Origin: Promethearchaeota archaeon
GTDB lineage: Archaea > Asgardarchaeota > Thorarchaeia > Thorarchaeales > Thorarchaeaceae
Length of the DNA: 64,000 bases
NCBI GenBank assembly: GCA_014728035.1
Contig: WJMJ01000078.1
Span: 128,001 to 192,000, forward strand
Direction: 5' to 3'
The position numbers were made by a program, and so were the translations under genes. Numbering within the stretch: position 1 is the first letter of the stretch; each line of letters begins with the position of its first letter. Of the stretch, positions 38,996 through 48,111 are shown one piece after another. The notes below the pieces were generated by a model, which saw only the letters and a program-made list of their open reading frames with translations, had not been told where the DNA came from and made no database searches.

Positions 38996-40918
38996 GTGAT
39001 CAAAATGAAAGGTGGAACCAGTAACAACCCATGGAAAGCTATGATCAATTATGTTGCTGAAATAATATCTGAAAAAACAGAACTAGAAAAAAGCGAGATT
39101 CTAGATAGTCTCGAAGTTCCACCCGATTCAAATCTTGGAGACCTTGCAACAACCGTTTCATTTCAACTAGCTAAAATCCAAAAGAGGAACCCTGCGGTCA
39201 TTGCTGGAGAAATAGTTCAATATCTTGAAGAAGAGTCGGAAAAGAGTGGCTTCATCGACCATATTGAATCGAAAGGGCCCTACATCAATATCTTCTTTGA
39301 CAAAGGATGGGTTTCTTCATTTGTGGTCTCATGTGTAGAGCATTTCAAATCAGACTATGGAAAATCCGATGAATATAAGGGATTAAGAGCATTAATCGAA
39401 TTCCCTGCGGTTAATCCTTCAAAGCCATGGCACATTGGGCATACTCGAAATGCAGTGATTGGGGACACATTGGGAAAAATTCTTGATGCGGTCGGTTATG
39501 AGGTTATTCGACTGGATTATATCAATGACCTGGGACTCCAAATCGCACAGATTACATGGAAGTTAATGATGGACGGAGAACCCAATAGTATTGAAGAAAA
39601 GTACGACCATTTCATCGGAAAAATCTATGTTGATGTTCAAAAGGCCTTTGAAAAGTTTGATAATATTGAGAGAGAAGTTAGAGAAGTTGCAAGGAAACTG
39701 GAAGATCTCTCCAGTCCTGAATCAAAACAAAGTATTGAGATGGTAACAAAGTGTGTAAGAGCTCAATATCAGACAGCATATAGACTAGGAATATATCATG
39801 ATTATCAGGTCTGGGAAAGCCCTATAGCACATAGTGGGCTTCTGAAAATAGCAAAAGAGATGATGTTGCAGTGTGGAAATGTCGTCAAACTTCAAGAAGG
39901 AGAAAAAGCAGGATGCGTTGTTGCAAAGCTGGACTCTATGGACGAATTCAAGGGAATGAAAGATCCAAACAAAGTGTTATTCAGATCTGATGGAACAAGA
40001 ACGTACACAGGAGCGGATATAGCACTACAGCTTTGGAAGTTCGGTGTCTTTGAGGATCCCTTTAGATATCAAATATTTGAAACGCAACCGAACGGAGAAA
40101 ATGTTCTACGAACTTCGTTAGAGGGAGCGAAAGGAGGAATAGGAAAAGTAGATGTTGTATTCAATGTTATTGGAGCTGCACAAGCACATCCACAAAAATT
40201 AGTCTACTCAATCTTGGATTTACTAGGCTATGAGAAGGAAAGTAAAAATTCCCATCATATAGCATACGAGCTTGTAGGTCTAGAAGATGAAGATTTCTCA
40301 GGAAGAAAAGGAACATGGATAGGATATAGTTGCGATGCGGTACTAGATAAAGCCAAAGAATTGGCTAAAGACGAGGTTTCAAAGAGAAATAAAGAGTGGA
40401 ATACTGAACAAATTAGCAAGGTTGCTGAACAGGTAGCTGTAGGAGCACTAAGATATTTCATGCTAAATGCTTCACCAGACAGAAAGATCACCTTTCGCTG
40501 GAAAGATGCACTTGATTTCAATGGAGATGCAGCACCATATCTGCAATACTCCTATGCTCGAGCAACACGAATTCTTGAGAAAGCTGAAAATAAAGAAATA
40601 CCTGAACCGGACTGCTCACTCCTAACTGCTTTACAAGAGTATGAGCTGATTAAAGCTATCGCAAAACTTCCAGAGGAAATTCTTGAAGTTGCAAGAGGAA
40701 TGAAGAAGAATGTATGGGGAACAGGATTCACATCAAACAGGATAACGAGCTATTGCTATAATCTTGCAACATTATTTAGTAAATTCTACGATTCATGCCC
40801 AGTCCTCAAGGCAAAACCAGAGATGATGGCAGCCAGACTTGAGTTGGTTCGAGTATTTCGAACTGTTATGTCCAATTGTTTAACGTTATTGGGAATCCCC
40901 ATTATCGAACGAATGTAA
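38996..40918 (+). CDS. argS: Arginine--tRNA ligase
   Basis: GDLA, GPYIN, NPSKPWHIGHTRN (HIGH), FSGRKG, PYLQYSYARA, DALR domain. Confidence 0.95.
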   Translation: MIKMKGGTSNNPWKAMINYVAEIISEKTELEKSEILDSLEVPPDSNLGDLATTVSFQLAKIQKRNPAVIAGEIVQYLEEESEKSGFIDHIESKGPYINIFFDKGWVSSFVVSCVEHFKSDYGKSDEYKGLRALIEFPAVNPSKPWHIGHTRNAVIGDTLGKILDAVGYEVIRLDYINDLGLQIAQITWKLMMDGEPNSIEEKYDHFIGKIYVDVQKAFEKFDNIEREVREVARKLEDLSSPESKQSIEMVTKCVRAQYQTAYRLGIYHDYQVWESPIAHSGLLKIAKEMMLQCGNVVKLQEGEKAGCVVAKLDSMDEFKGMKDPNKVLFRSDGTRTYTGADIALQLWKFGVFEDPFRYQIFETQPNGENVLRTSLEGAKGGIGKVDVVFNVIGAAQAHPQKLVYSILDLLGYEKESKNSHHIAYELVGLEDEDFSGRKGTWIGYSCDAVLDKAKELAKDEVSKRNKEWNTEQISKVAEQVAVGALRYFMLNASPDRKITFRWKDALDFNGDAAPYLQYSYARATRILEKAENKEIPEPDCSLLTALQEYELIKAIAKLPEEILEVARGMKKNVWGTGFTSNRITSYCYNLATLFSKFYDSCPVLKAKPEMMAARLELVRVFRTVMSNCLTLLGIPIIERM

Positions 40919-40927
40919 TAGAAATCC

Positions 40928-42292
40928 CTAACCAGATGTCACTCTTGCAGATTCTATTACTAGAGATGGACTTACAATAGATGATGCCTTACGTACGTCA
41001 GCTCCTATTCTATGAACTCTTTTGAGTAGGTCAATCATATTGATTCCAATCAATGTGTTTTTGACTGGGTGGACTATTTCACCATTTTCAATGTAAAACC
41101 CCTCCATAATCATTGCACTAAGTTCTCCAGTTGTTAGATTAGGACTGTCAGCAGTGTATTGACATATAACTCCACGGTCTATTTCAGAAACTAAGTCATC
41201 AAGTGTGCCACGACCAGGAGAAACAATGAAGTTTGAAGAAGAGATGAAGGGAGTTCCAGAATAGGATGGACGCGCAGCATTTCCAGTGTTTTCAACCGAG
41301 CCTTTGTAAGCAGTGTATGAGTTGTGTAATAAGCTCTTCAGCACACCATTTTCGAGGATAGTTGTTTTTTGAGAGGGATATCCTTCAGCGTCATAAGGAC
41401 GTGATCCGATTCCTTGATTTAGTATTGCATTGTCAACTATATTCAATTTATCAGATGCAATCTCATCACCAAGATGATCCTGAATATATGACCGACCATA
41501 TTGCACTTCTTCAGCATTTATCGCTGATGCAAATCCGGAACCAAGAACAGTTGCAACTGCCAAAGGGGTAAGAATGACAGGTAATTCTCCACCCTCTATT
41601 ATTTTTCCACCTAAACCCGCAAGAGCTTGATTTGTAGCTTTTGAACCAACACGTTCGGGATCAATCTCACTCAATTTTCGAGTGATTTGATATTCATAAC
41701 TTGATGTTTGGTCATCATTCATTTTTACAGTAGGATAACTATAGACATAGAATGATGTTGAAGCTGTGAATTGTGCGATTCCAATAGAATTAGCAACAGC
41801 CCTTTGAGAATGAGACGCATTTAGAGTGGATTCAACCGCAATATCTGCTTTTCCTGCTGCTTGAATTGATGAATCCACTGTACGCATGATTATATCCGCT
41901 GCATAATCGGGCTCAATATCACGGATTTCGGAGTCAAACAAACCATCAACAACAGGATATTTACCAGAGTAGGATGGCAAACTAACAAACTCAGGATCAG
42001 GAATAGCAGCTTTCGCAATTTTTACTGCTCTTTCTGCAATTTCCAATATGTCTGAATCTTGTATAGTAGTCACATATGCGAATCCGATAGCCTTGTTGAC
42101 AATTGCTCTTATTCCACATCCAGCATCTCGAATCTCAGACGCAGTCTTGATTGTATTATTTTCTACTTCGATAGAGAAGGATTTAGATGATCCAATATAT
42201 GCTTCTGCTTGTTCTGCACCATGGCTCTCGGCTTTCCTTACAGCCTTTTCAGCTATTTCGAGTAATTCTTCTGTCAACCTACATGCCTCCAA
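40928..42292 (-). CDS. pmbA: PmbA/TldE subunit (pair 2)
   Basis: YDAEG, NTGNA, NLTTGELS; no HExxxH. Confidence 0.88.
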   Translation of the reverse strand: MEACRLTEELLEIAEKAVRKAESHGAEQAEAYIGSSKSFSIEVENNTIKTASEIRDAGCGIRAIVNKAIGFAYVTTIQDSDILEIAERAVKIAKAAIPDPEFVSLPSYSGKYPVVDGLFDSEIRDIEPDYAADIIMRTVDSSIQAAGKADIAVESTLNASHSQRAVANSIGIAQFTASTSFYVYSYPTVKMNDDQTSSYEYQITRKLSEIDPERVGSKATNQALAGLGGKIIEGGELPVILTPLAVATVLGSGFASAINAEEVQYGRSYIQDHLGDEIASDKLNIVDNAILNQGIGSRPYDAEGYPSQKTTILENGVLKSLLHNSYTAYKGSVENTGNAARPSYSGTPFISSSNFIVSPGRGTLDDLVSEIDRGVICQYTADSPNLTTGELSAMIMEGFYIENGEIVHPVKNTLIGINMIDLLKRVHRIGADVRKASSIVSPSLVIESARVTSG

Positions 42293-43664
42293 CGGGAATC
42301 TGACGTATTCTCACATGTGGTCCTCCGGACATTTCAGGAACGGATTGGCCATTTTTGCCACATGATCCCGCAGCTAACTCGAAATCACTCCCAACAGCAT
42401 CTATTTTATCCAGAATATCAAGTATTTGTCCAGCGAGTGAAACATCTCTAACCATTTCATCTAGTTCTCCATCTTCAATAATATATCCATGACTCGCTTG
42501 AAATACAAACTGGCCCTTTGCAGTCTCGGTGTATCCATAATTGAAGTCACAAAGGAGAATTCCATTCTTAGTTTCAGAGATAATTTCGTCAGCATCCCAT
42601 GTCCCCTTTTCCATGAAAGTGTTACTCATCCTTGGAATAGGAACATCCATGAAGGACTGAGCCCGTGCAGATCCATTAGCGAACATTTCAAGGCGGGATG
42701 AGGTTTCTAATGAGTGTAAAAGCTCGGTGAGAACACCATCTTTTACTAATTCTCGTTTTTTCGTTTTAGTACCTTCCCAATCATACTCAAATGAACCGCG
42801 CATTTCAGGTAACGTTGGATCATCACTGATATTAAGATGGTCAGGACCCACTTGCTCACCAATTTTGTCTTCGAGTATTGTTGCTTGTGCAAGAAATCCA
42901 TCAGCCTCACAAGCATGCCCAAAAGCTTCATGGACCATCACACCATTTAACACAGGATCGATTACTACATCATAGATACCGCCGGTTGCGGCCACAGAGT
43001 CCAGAAGCTCGATAGCTATTCTTGCGGACTCGGTCCCAATATTTTGTGGTCGCTCTAATTCAATCTTCTCGAATCCACCAACTACACCATAAGAGCGAGA
43101 TGCCCTTTGTCTATTAGTGCCATCTTTAGCTGTAGTTACACTAACAATACGAGGAAGGGAGTTTTCTCGATACACCGAAGTGCCAAAAGAGTTCAAGACG
43201 TAGAGATCGGTCCAAAGCTCACCGTAAACAGTTCTTGTATTCTGGATGCGTTCATCATATGATCTTGCTTGTTCATCAATCATCTTAGCAAATTCGATTT
43301 TATCTTCAAAGGCAACATCTCGAAAATCCTTTTTCGGTTTAAAATACACTTTGTCACAGTAAGTTTTTCCATGAATATCAAAAGATTCTTTCACTCGTGG
43401 TTTAGTTGCCAAGGCTAATTTAGCAACAGATTCTCCAGTTTCTCTTAATGCGGATGGAGATAGATCGGTTGTTTGTGCGAACGCCCACGCACCACCTACA
43501 AAAGCTCTAATTCCAGCACCTTTTAGATGCGATGAGAGTGCGCGTTTTGTTATTCCGTCGGTCATCTCGATAATCGTAGAGATAGAACTTTCGATTCGAA
43601 TGTCAGCGAAAGAAGCTCCTGCTTGTAATGCAGCATTCACAGCAATGTTTGCTAAATCTTCCAT
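42279..43664 (-). CDS. tldD: TldD metalloprotease subunit (pair 2)
   Basis: HEAFGHACEAD, PRMSNT, CGKNGQ..P...GGPH. Confidence 0.92.
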   Translation of the reverse strand: MEDLANIAVNAALQAGASFADIRIESSISTIIEMTDGITKRALSSHLKGAGIRAFVGGAWAFAQTTDLSPSALRETGESVAKLALATKPRVKESFDIHGKTYCDKVYFKPKKDFRDVAFEDKIEFAKMIDEQARSYDERIQNTRTVYGELWTDLYVLNSFGTSVYRENSLPRIVSVTTAKDGTNRQRASRSYGVVGGFEKIELERPQNIGTESARIAIELLDSVAATGGIYDVVIDPVLNGVMVHEAFGHACEADGFLAQATILEDKIGEQVGPDHLNISDDPTLPEMRGSFEYDWEGTKTKKRELVKDGVLTELLHSLETSSRLEMFANGSARAQSFMDVPIPRMSNTFMEKGTWDADEIISETKNGILLCDFNYGYTETAKGQFVFQASHGYIIEDGELDEMVRDVSLAGQILDILDKIDAVGSDFELAAGSCGKNGQSVPEMSGGPHVRIRQIPVGGM

Positions 43665-43840
43665 GGAAATCGCCTATAGCTTATACAAACCCAAGAACTG
43701 GGTGTTTTAATCAATTCGATTTAGGCGAATTTTTCAATGAATTTCTTATGGGTTTTGAATGAAATAGTGTATAACTGGGATGATACTAGGGTTATTCTTC
43801 TAATATGTTCTCAATATAGTTGCACTCAGAGGAATAGCAG

Positions 43841-45388
43841 ATGACACAAGATATGGCTAGGCAAACATGCAATATATGTAACGATACAAAAGCTTCGCAT
43901 CTCTGTGAAGGATGTGGAGAACTTCTTTGTCTTGAGTGTCAAGGAACAAAGTCTAGTATATTCTATGTTTGCAATGAGTGTCATCATGTTCTAGGAACAC
44001 CAAAACCTGGCGAAACATTTACTAATTGTCCTGACTGTGATTCAGAAAATCTGGGTGAAGGAAAACGGGTCGAGAATATTTGTCCTCGTTGCCATTCCAC
44101 AAAGACCGTTTTGCTAGAAGAAAAGAAACGTCATCTGACCCAGAATATCCGTCATGCCATCCAGAGCTTGTCATATGGACATTCAAAACTGAGAGAGTTC
44201 CAAAGCAAATTTACGAGTGCGAAACATTTGTTGGTATCACTGCGCATGGCGAATTTTCTCCACTATCATTGGTTAGAAACCAAGATGGAAGAAATCCATG
44301 ATGAAATTCCTGCAATCAAGACAAGAATTGCCAACCAAGCTGAGATAGTTGCAAGACAAATGGCTGCTGAAACTAAAGGTCTGATTGATTACAATGACTG
44401 GGAACCAGCACAATTTCCATTCATTGAGGGTGTCACCAATCGAGTGAATGAATTAGGAAAGCAATACAAGAGAGAGGTGGAGGATTCACTTCAGCAGATT
44501 CAACTTAAGCTAGATGAGCTCGATACCCAGCTTGAGGGCTTGAATTACTATCGAAATGAGTTTGCCAGTTTTTATGAGTTTGCAGAGCTATCGGTAAATG
44601 AACTACCAGTATCTGCATTTCCTGATGTTAAATTAACTGGTAGTGACTTTGTGAAAGCAGACAAATCTACTGGAACCCTATTCTTCACTAACAAGAGAGT
44701 CGTATTCATTGCTGAAACTGGTCTTGTAAGAAAGAAAACAGATGTGGTCTTCGACTACCCATTAATCTATTTGAATTCAATTGGAGAAGATGGAAGAATA
44801 AGAAAACGAGTTGTATTGAAATTCAAACAGGGAGAAATCAAAATCACGTGCTGTGAACAAACAGAAAGCGTATTACCAGATTACATTGAGATTGCTAGAA
44901 AATTTGACAAGTATATCCAAACAGACCTCCAAAGGGTGAGAAAGCTTGAACAAGCAGACCTCAATATCAGTGAAGTCCGAATGAAAATAGAGAATCTCGT
45001 TTATTCACTCTTAGCTCCCACCAGACGAGAAAAAGAAACAGACTATCGAGAGAAACAAAGATATATTCGCCCTCATTTAGATAGAAGAAGAGTTGTTAAT
45101 CCAAGCCAATACGATGATGAGAAAGGATTTCGAGAACACCTCGAGAGAACAATAGAACAACGTTCTCATGAGAGATATTCATATCCAGAAAAATCAGAGA
45201 TTCATGGATTAGAAAAAAGTCTTCAAGATTTAGAGTTTGCAATGCGTGACGCCATCCATCTACTGAGAAACGGAAGACTGATCCCTGAAGAGTTTATTAG
45301 AAGATACAAGCGTTTAGTGAGAGATTCCTATTTCACCAAGAAACGAATTAATGAAATGTCACGAGACCACCAAAAATATAGATGGTAG
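43841..45388 (+). CDS. ESCRT-associated multidomain protein: B-box-like Zn fingers, coiled coil, PH/GLUE-like domain, steadiness-box-like C-terminus
   Basis: Six CxxC pairs in the N-terminus; GTLFFTNKRVVF...FDYPL PH strand motif; C-terminal AMRDAIHLLRNGRLIPEEFIRRYKRL hairpin; adjacent to ESCRT-III. Confidence 0.6.
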   Translation: MTQDMARQTCNICNDTKASHLCEGCGELLCLECQGTKSSIFYVCNECHHVLGTPKPGETFTNCPDCDSENLGEGKRVENICPRCHSTKTVLLEEKKRHLTQNIRHAIQSLSYGHSKLREFQSKFTSAKHLLVSLRMANFLHYHWLETKMEEIHDEIPAIKTRIANQAEIVARQMAAETKGLIDYNDWEPAQFPFIEGVTNRVNELGKQYKREVEDSLQQIQLKLDELDTQLEGLNYYRNEFASFYEFAELSVNELPVSAFPDVKLTGSDFVKADKSTGTLFFTNKRVVFIAETGLVRKKTDVVFDYPLIYLNSIGEDGRIRKRVVLKFKQGEIKITCCEQTESVLPDYIEIARKFDKYIQTDLQRVRKLEQADLNISEVRMKIENLVYSLLAPTRREKETDYREKQRYIRPHLDRRRVVNPSQYDDEKGFREHLERTIEQRSHERYSYPEKSEIHGLEKSLQDLEFAMRDAIHLLRNGRLIPEEFIRRYKRLVRDSYFTKKRINEMSRDHQKYRW

Positions 45389-45389
45389 A

Positions 45390-46004
45390 CTACATTCCAA
45401 GTTCTTTTTCAAGCGACTTGATCTCGTCTTCCAGCTCTTCGGTTTCCGATACTGGTCCTGAAGGTGTAGGTGCTTCTCCAATTCCTGCTTCTCGGTCGAT
45501 TTCTGCCATTGCAGATGCAAGGTCTTCTGAGGTGACTCTGCTATCACCTGTTGAATCAAATGCTTCTTCAGTTATACTACTCTCAATTTCAAATTCTTCA
45601 AGTCGTCTAGAGATATCATCAATATTCTCAACTACTTTTGTAGTATCAGTAGCATCTCCGAGAAGACCCAGAATCTTGGAAACTCGTTCTACGATTTTTG
45701 TTGCTTGCGCAGTAGTTTGAGCCCGAGTGATATGTGCAAGAATTTTCAAAAGCTGTAATCTTGACTTATCTATTGATAGAGCGTATCGCCTAAACCGGAC
45801 CATTTCAGTTGCGTACATACGATAAGCTTCATTCCGGTTTTCTTTTCTTGCTCTTATAGCTCGAGCTTTGACATCACGTTCTTCTTTCTCCAATTTGTTA
45901 CGTTGGCGCTCAAGTTGTTTCGTCATAATACGAAGCTGACTAGTTACCTCTGCTATATCGGGTTTCTTCTTGCCCCATGAAAATGCCTTTTTCAGTGCGT
46001 CCAA
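45390..46004 (-). CDS. ESCRT-III subunit, Vps2/24/46 (CHMP1-3)-like
   Basis: Basic N-terminal hairpin (AYRMYATEMVRFRR resembling CHMP1-3), acidic C-terminal half, MIM1-like helix ELEDEIKSL. Confidence 0.85.
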   Translation of the reverse strand: MDALKKAFSWGKKKPDIAEVTSQLRIMTKQLERQRNKLEKEERDVKARAIRARKENRNEAYRMYATEMVRFRRYALSIDKSRLQLLKILAHITRAQTTAQATKIVERVSKILGLLGDATDTTKVVENIDDISRRLEEFEIESSITEEAFDSTGDSRVTSEDLASAMAEIDREAGIGEAPTPSGPVSETEELEDEIKSLEKELGM

Positions 46005-46150
46005 CAATATCACCAATGGAAAAGAATATTCCAACTCAAGGTATGATGCTATCCGTTTAAATCTTCGCAGAAAGGAAAGTATAATGAAGCAATTACACTC
46101 ATAACACGGAAGGTTTTAACATGTTCAGAGCTTTCAAGTAGTGAGTAATC

Positions 46151-47377
46151 ATGTCAGGAAATGGTGGCGATCGAGTAGATAAAGGTCTAAAAGCACTCCT
46201 TGACAAGGCAATAGACCTTGATAAACGAGGAATGAACAAAGAAGCATGCGAATATTATCTCAAATCAAGTAAGATTCTACTCAAACTTTCAAATTCCGCA
46301 TCACTTCCATCCATCCGCAAACACTATTTTGATCGAGCTCAAGAGTGTGTTGATCGAGTTCGATACCTTTCAGGAATAAAGAAGAAATCAAAGGGCCCAA
46401 CTGAAGGACTTAGTACGATACCAAAGAGACATCCATTACCTGAAGAAACTGCTGAGAAAGAATCCAAAGATGCAGAGAGAGAAGAAGATACGGATGCACA
46501 AAGGCTCAAAGACATGATTGCTGACACAATAATTACAGAACGGCCAAACATCAAGATGTCTGAAATTGCAGGACTTGACGAAGCAAAACAAGCAATCCAA
46601 GATGCAATTATTGCTCCAGCAAAACACCCAGAGTTATTCAAAGGGAAATCACGCCAACCTTGGAGAGGTATCTTGTTTTATGGACCAGCTGGTTGTGGGA
46701 AGACCCTAATTGCTAAAGCGGTAGCAGCTGAAGTTAATGCCACCTTTTTCAACGTGTCAGCCGCTAATATTGTCAGCAAGTGGCTTGGGGAATCTGAAAG
46801 ATTGATTATGACCTTGTTTGATCTTGCTAGAAAGAATCAACCAGCAATCATCTTCATGGATGAACTAGATTCGGTGGGAGTGGCAAGGTCTGGTGATGAC
46901 GTTGGGGGAGAACGAAGACTAAAAACACAATTGCTAACTGAACTCCAAGGACTATCTAGTAAACAAGATGAACGAATTACAGTCATAGGTGCAACTAACT
47001 TACCTTGGGAGATTGATTTTGCTTTACGTTCACGGTTTGAAAAGAGAATTCATGTGCCATTGCCTAATAAAGAGGCACGAACGGAAATTTTCAAAATTCA
47101 TATGGAAGATATCGATATTGATACAGATGTCGATTTCAAAGAACTCGCAGATTTAAGTGAGGGATACAGTGGAAGAGATATCAGCGTAGTCTGTCGAGAA
47201 GCCGCAATGGAGCCCATTAGGGATCTTCAGAAGACTGGGAGAATGGATGACGAAGGTGAAATTCTATCACTTAGACCAGTTTCTAGAAATGATTTTCTCC
47301 AAGCAATAGACAACATTCGACCAGCAACATCTCCAGAGGATATCAAGAAGTATATTGATTGGGCGGAGGGCTCTTAA
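46151..47377 (+). CDS. vps4: Vps4 AAA+ ATPase with MIT domain
   Basis: MIT (AIDLD...EACEYY), PWRGILFYGPAGCGKT, SKWLGESE, FMDELD, ATNLPWEID, RFEKRIHVPLP. Confidence 0.93.
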   Translation: MSGNGGDRVDKGLKALLDKAIDLDKRGMNKEACEYYLKSSKILLKLSNSASLPSIRKHYFDRAQECVDRVRYLSGIKKKSKGPTEGLSTIPKRHPLPEETAEKESKDAEREEDTDAQRLKDMIADTIITERPNIKMSEIAGLDEAKQAIQDAIIAPAKHPELFKGKSRQPWRGILFYGPAGCGKTLIAKAVAAEVNATFFNVSAANIVSKWLGESERLIMTLFDLARKNQPAIIFMDELDSVGVARSGDDVGGERRLKTQLLTELQGLSSKQDERITVIGATNLPWEIDFALRSRFEKRIHVPLPNKEARTEIFKIHMEDIDIDTDVDFKELADLSEGYSGRDISVVCREAAMEPIRDLQKTGRMDDEGEILSLRPVSRNDFLQAIDNIRPATSPEDIKKYIDWAEGS

Positions 47378-47380
47378 ATC

Positions 47381-48106
47381 GTGAGCACAAGAGAACGAAC
47401 ACGGGAGAAGAAAGAGAAGACCAAATCAAGAACTACAGAGAAAAAGTCAGAGTCTATTGATAAGAAGACCGAATCTGGAGAGAACGAGAGAACACCTAGA
47501 GAAGTCGCCAAATCTGTTATAGGACGAACAGCTGAAAAAACCACCCAACACAGTAGCTTAGAATCGGGAAAAACTACTCAAGTCACCGATTCCATTCAAC
47601 CTCTACTTCCATTATGGGGAAACCGAGAAGAGAGTGAGTGGATGTATCACATTCCAGATAGAGGTGATGACAAGAAAATGTGGGCACAGGAGTGGGCGGA
47701 TTTTCTTCTTGAATGGACACAGGATAAAGTCGTACACATAATTTCAGTTACTATGTTCCTCAAGGAATCACCCTTTAACGAAATTCTAGGAAAATCTGAT
47801 GCTTTCAAAATGATTGGAGATGCACTAGTAGAAAAGGAAATGGCAGATTGGACAAGTAGAAAGAAAAGGCAACTTCGAATCTATTGGAGGCCATTAGAGG
47901 AGTGGGCGGATATCATTTATCAATGGGCTCTGGAAACTGGGCAAATCCGATTAGATGTCAAATCATTAATCATTCAAAACGCGGATCAAGATTTTGCTTC
48001 TCTGCCTGAGAAAGACCTGTATATAGTCATGGAACTGATGGTCGAAAAAGAATTTGCAGAATGGGTAGATAAGAAAAGAGGGGCTATCAAAGTCAACCTG
48101 ATTTAA
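47381..48106 (+). CDS. vps25: ESCRT-II Vps25 homolog with charged N-terminal extension
   Basis: EWADFLLEW and IYWRPLEEWADIIYQWA match the Vps25 WRxPEEWxxxIYxW signature. Confidence 0.85.
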   Translation: MSTRERTREKKEKTKSRTTEKKSESIDKKTESGENERTPREVAKSVIGRTAEKTTQHSSLESGKTTQVTDSIQPLLPLWGNREESEWMYHIPDRGDDKKMWAQEWADFLLEWTQDKVVHIISVTMFLKESPFNEILGKSDAFKMIGDALVEKEMADWTSRKKRQLRIYWRPLEEWADIIYQWALETGQIRLDVKSLIIQNADQDFASLPEKDLYIVMELMVEKEFAEWVDKKRGAIKVNLI

Positions 48107-48111
48107 CTAGT

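Noticed and set aside
45382-45720. Ser-rich 112-aa ORF and the many other 60-160 aa overlapping ORFs in the track
   Set aside because: Shadow frames of well-supported genes on the opposite strand or in another frame
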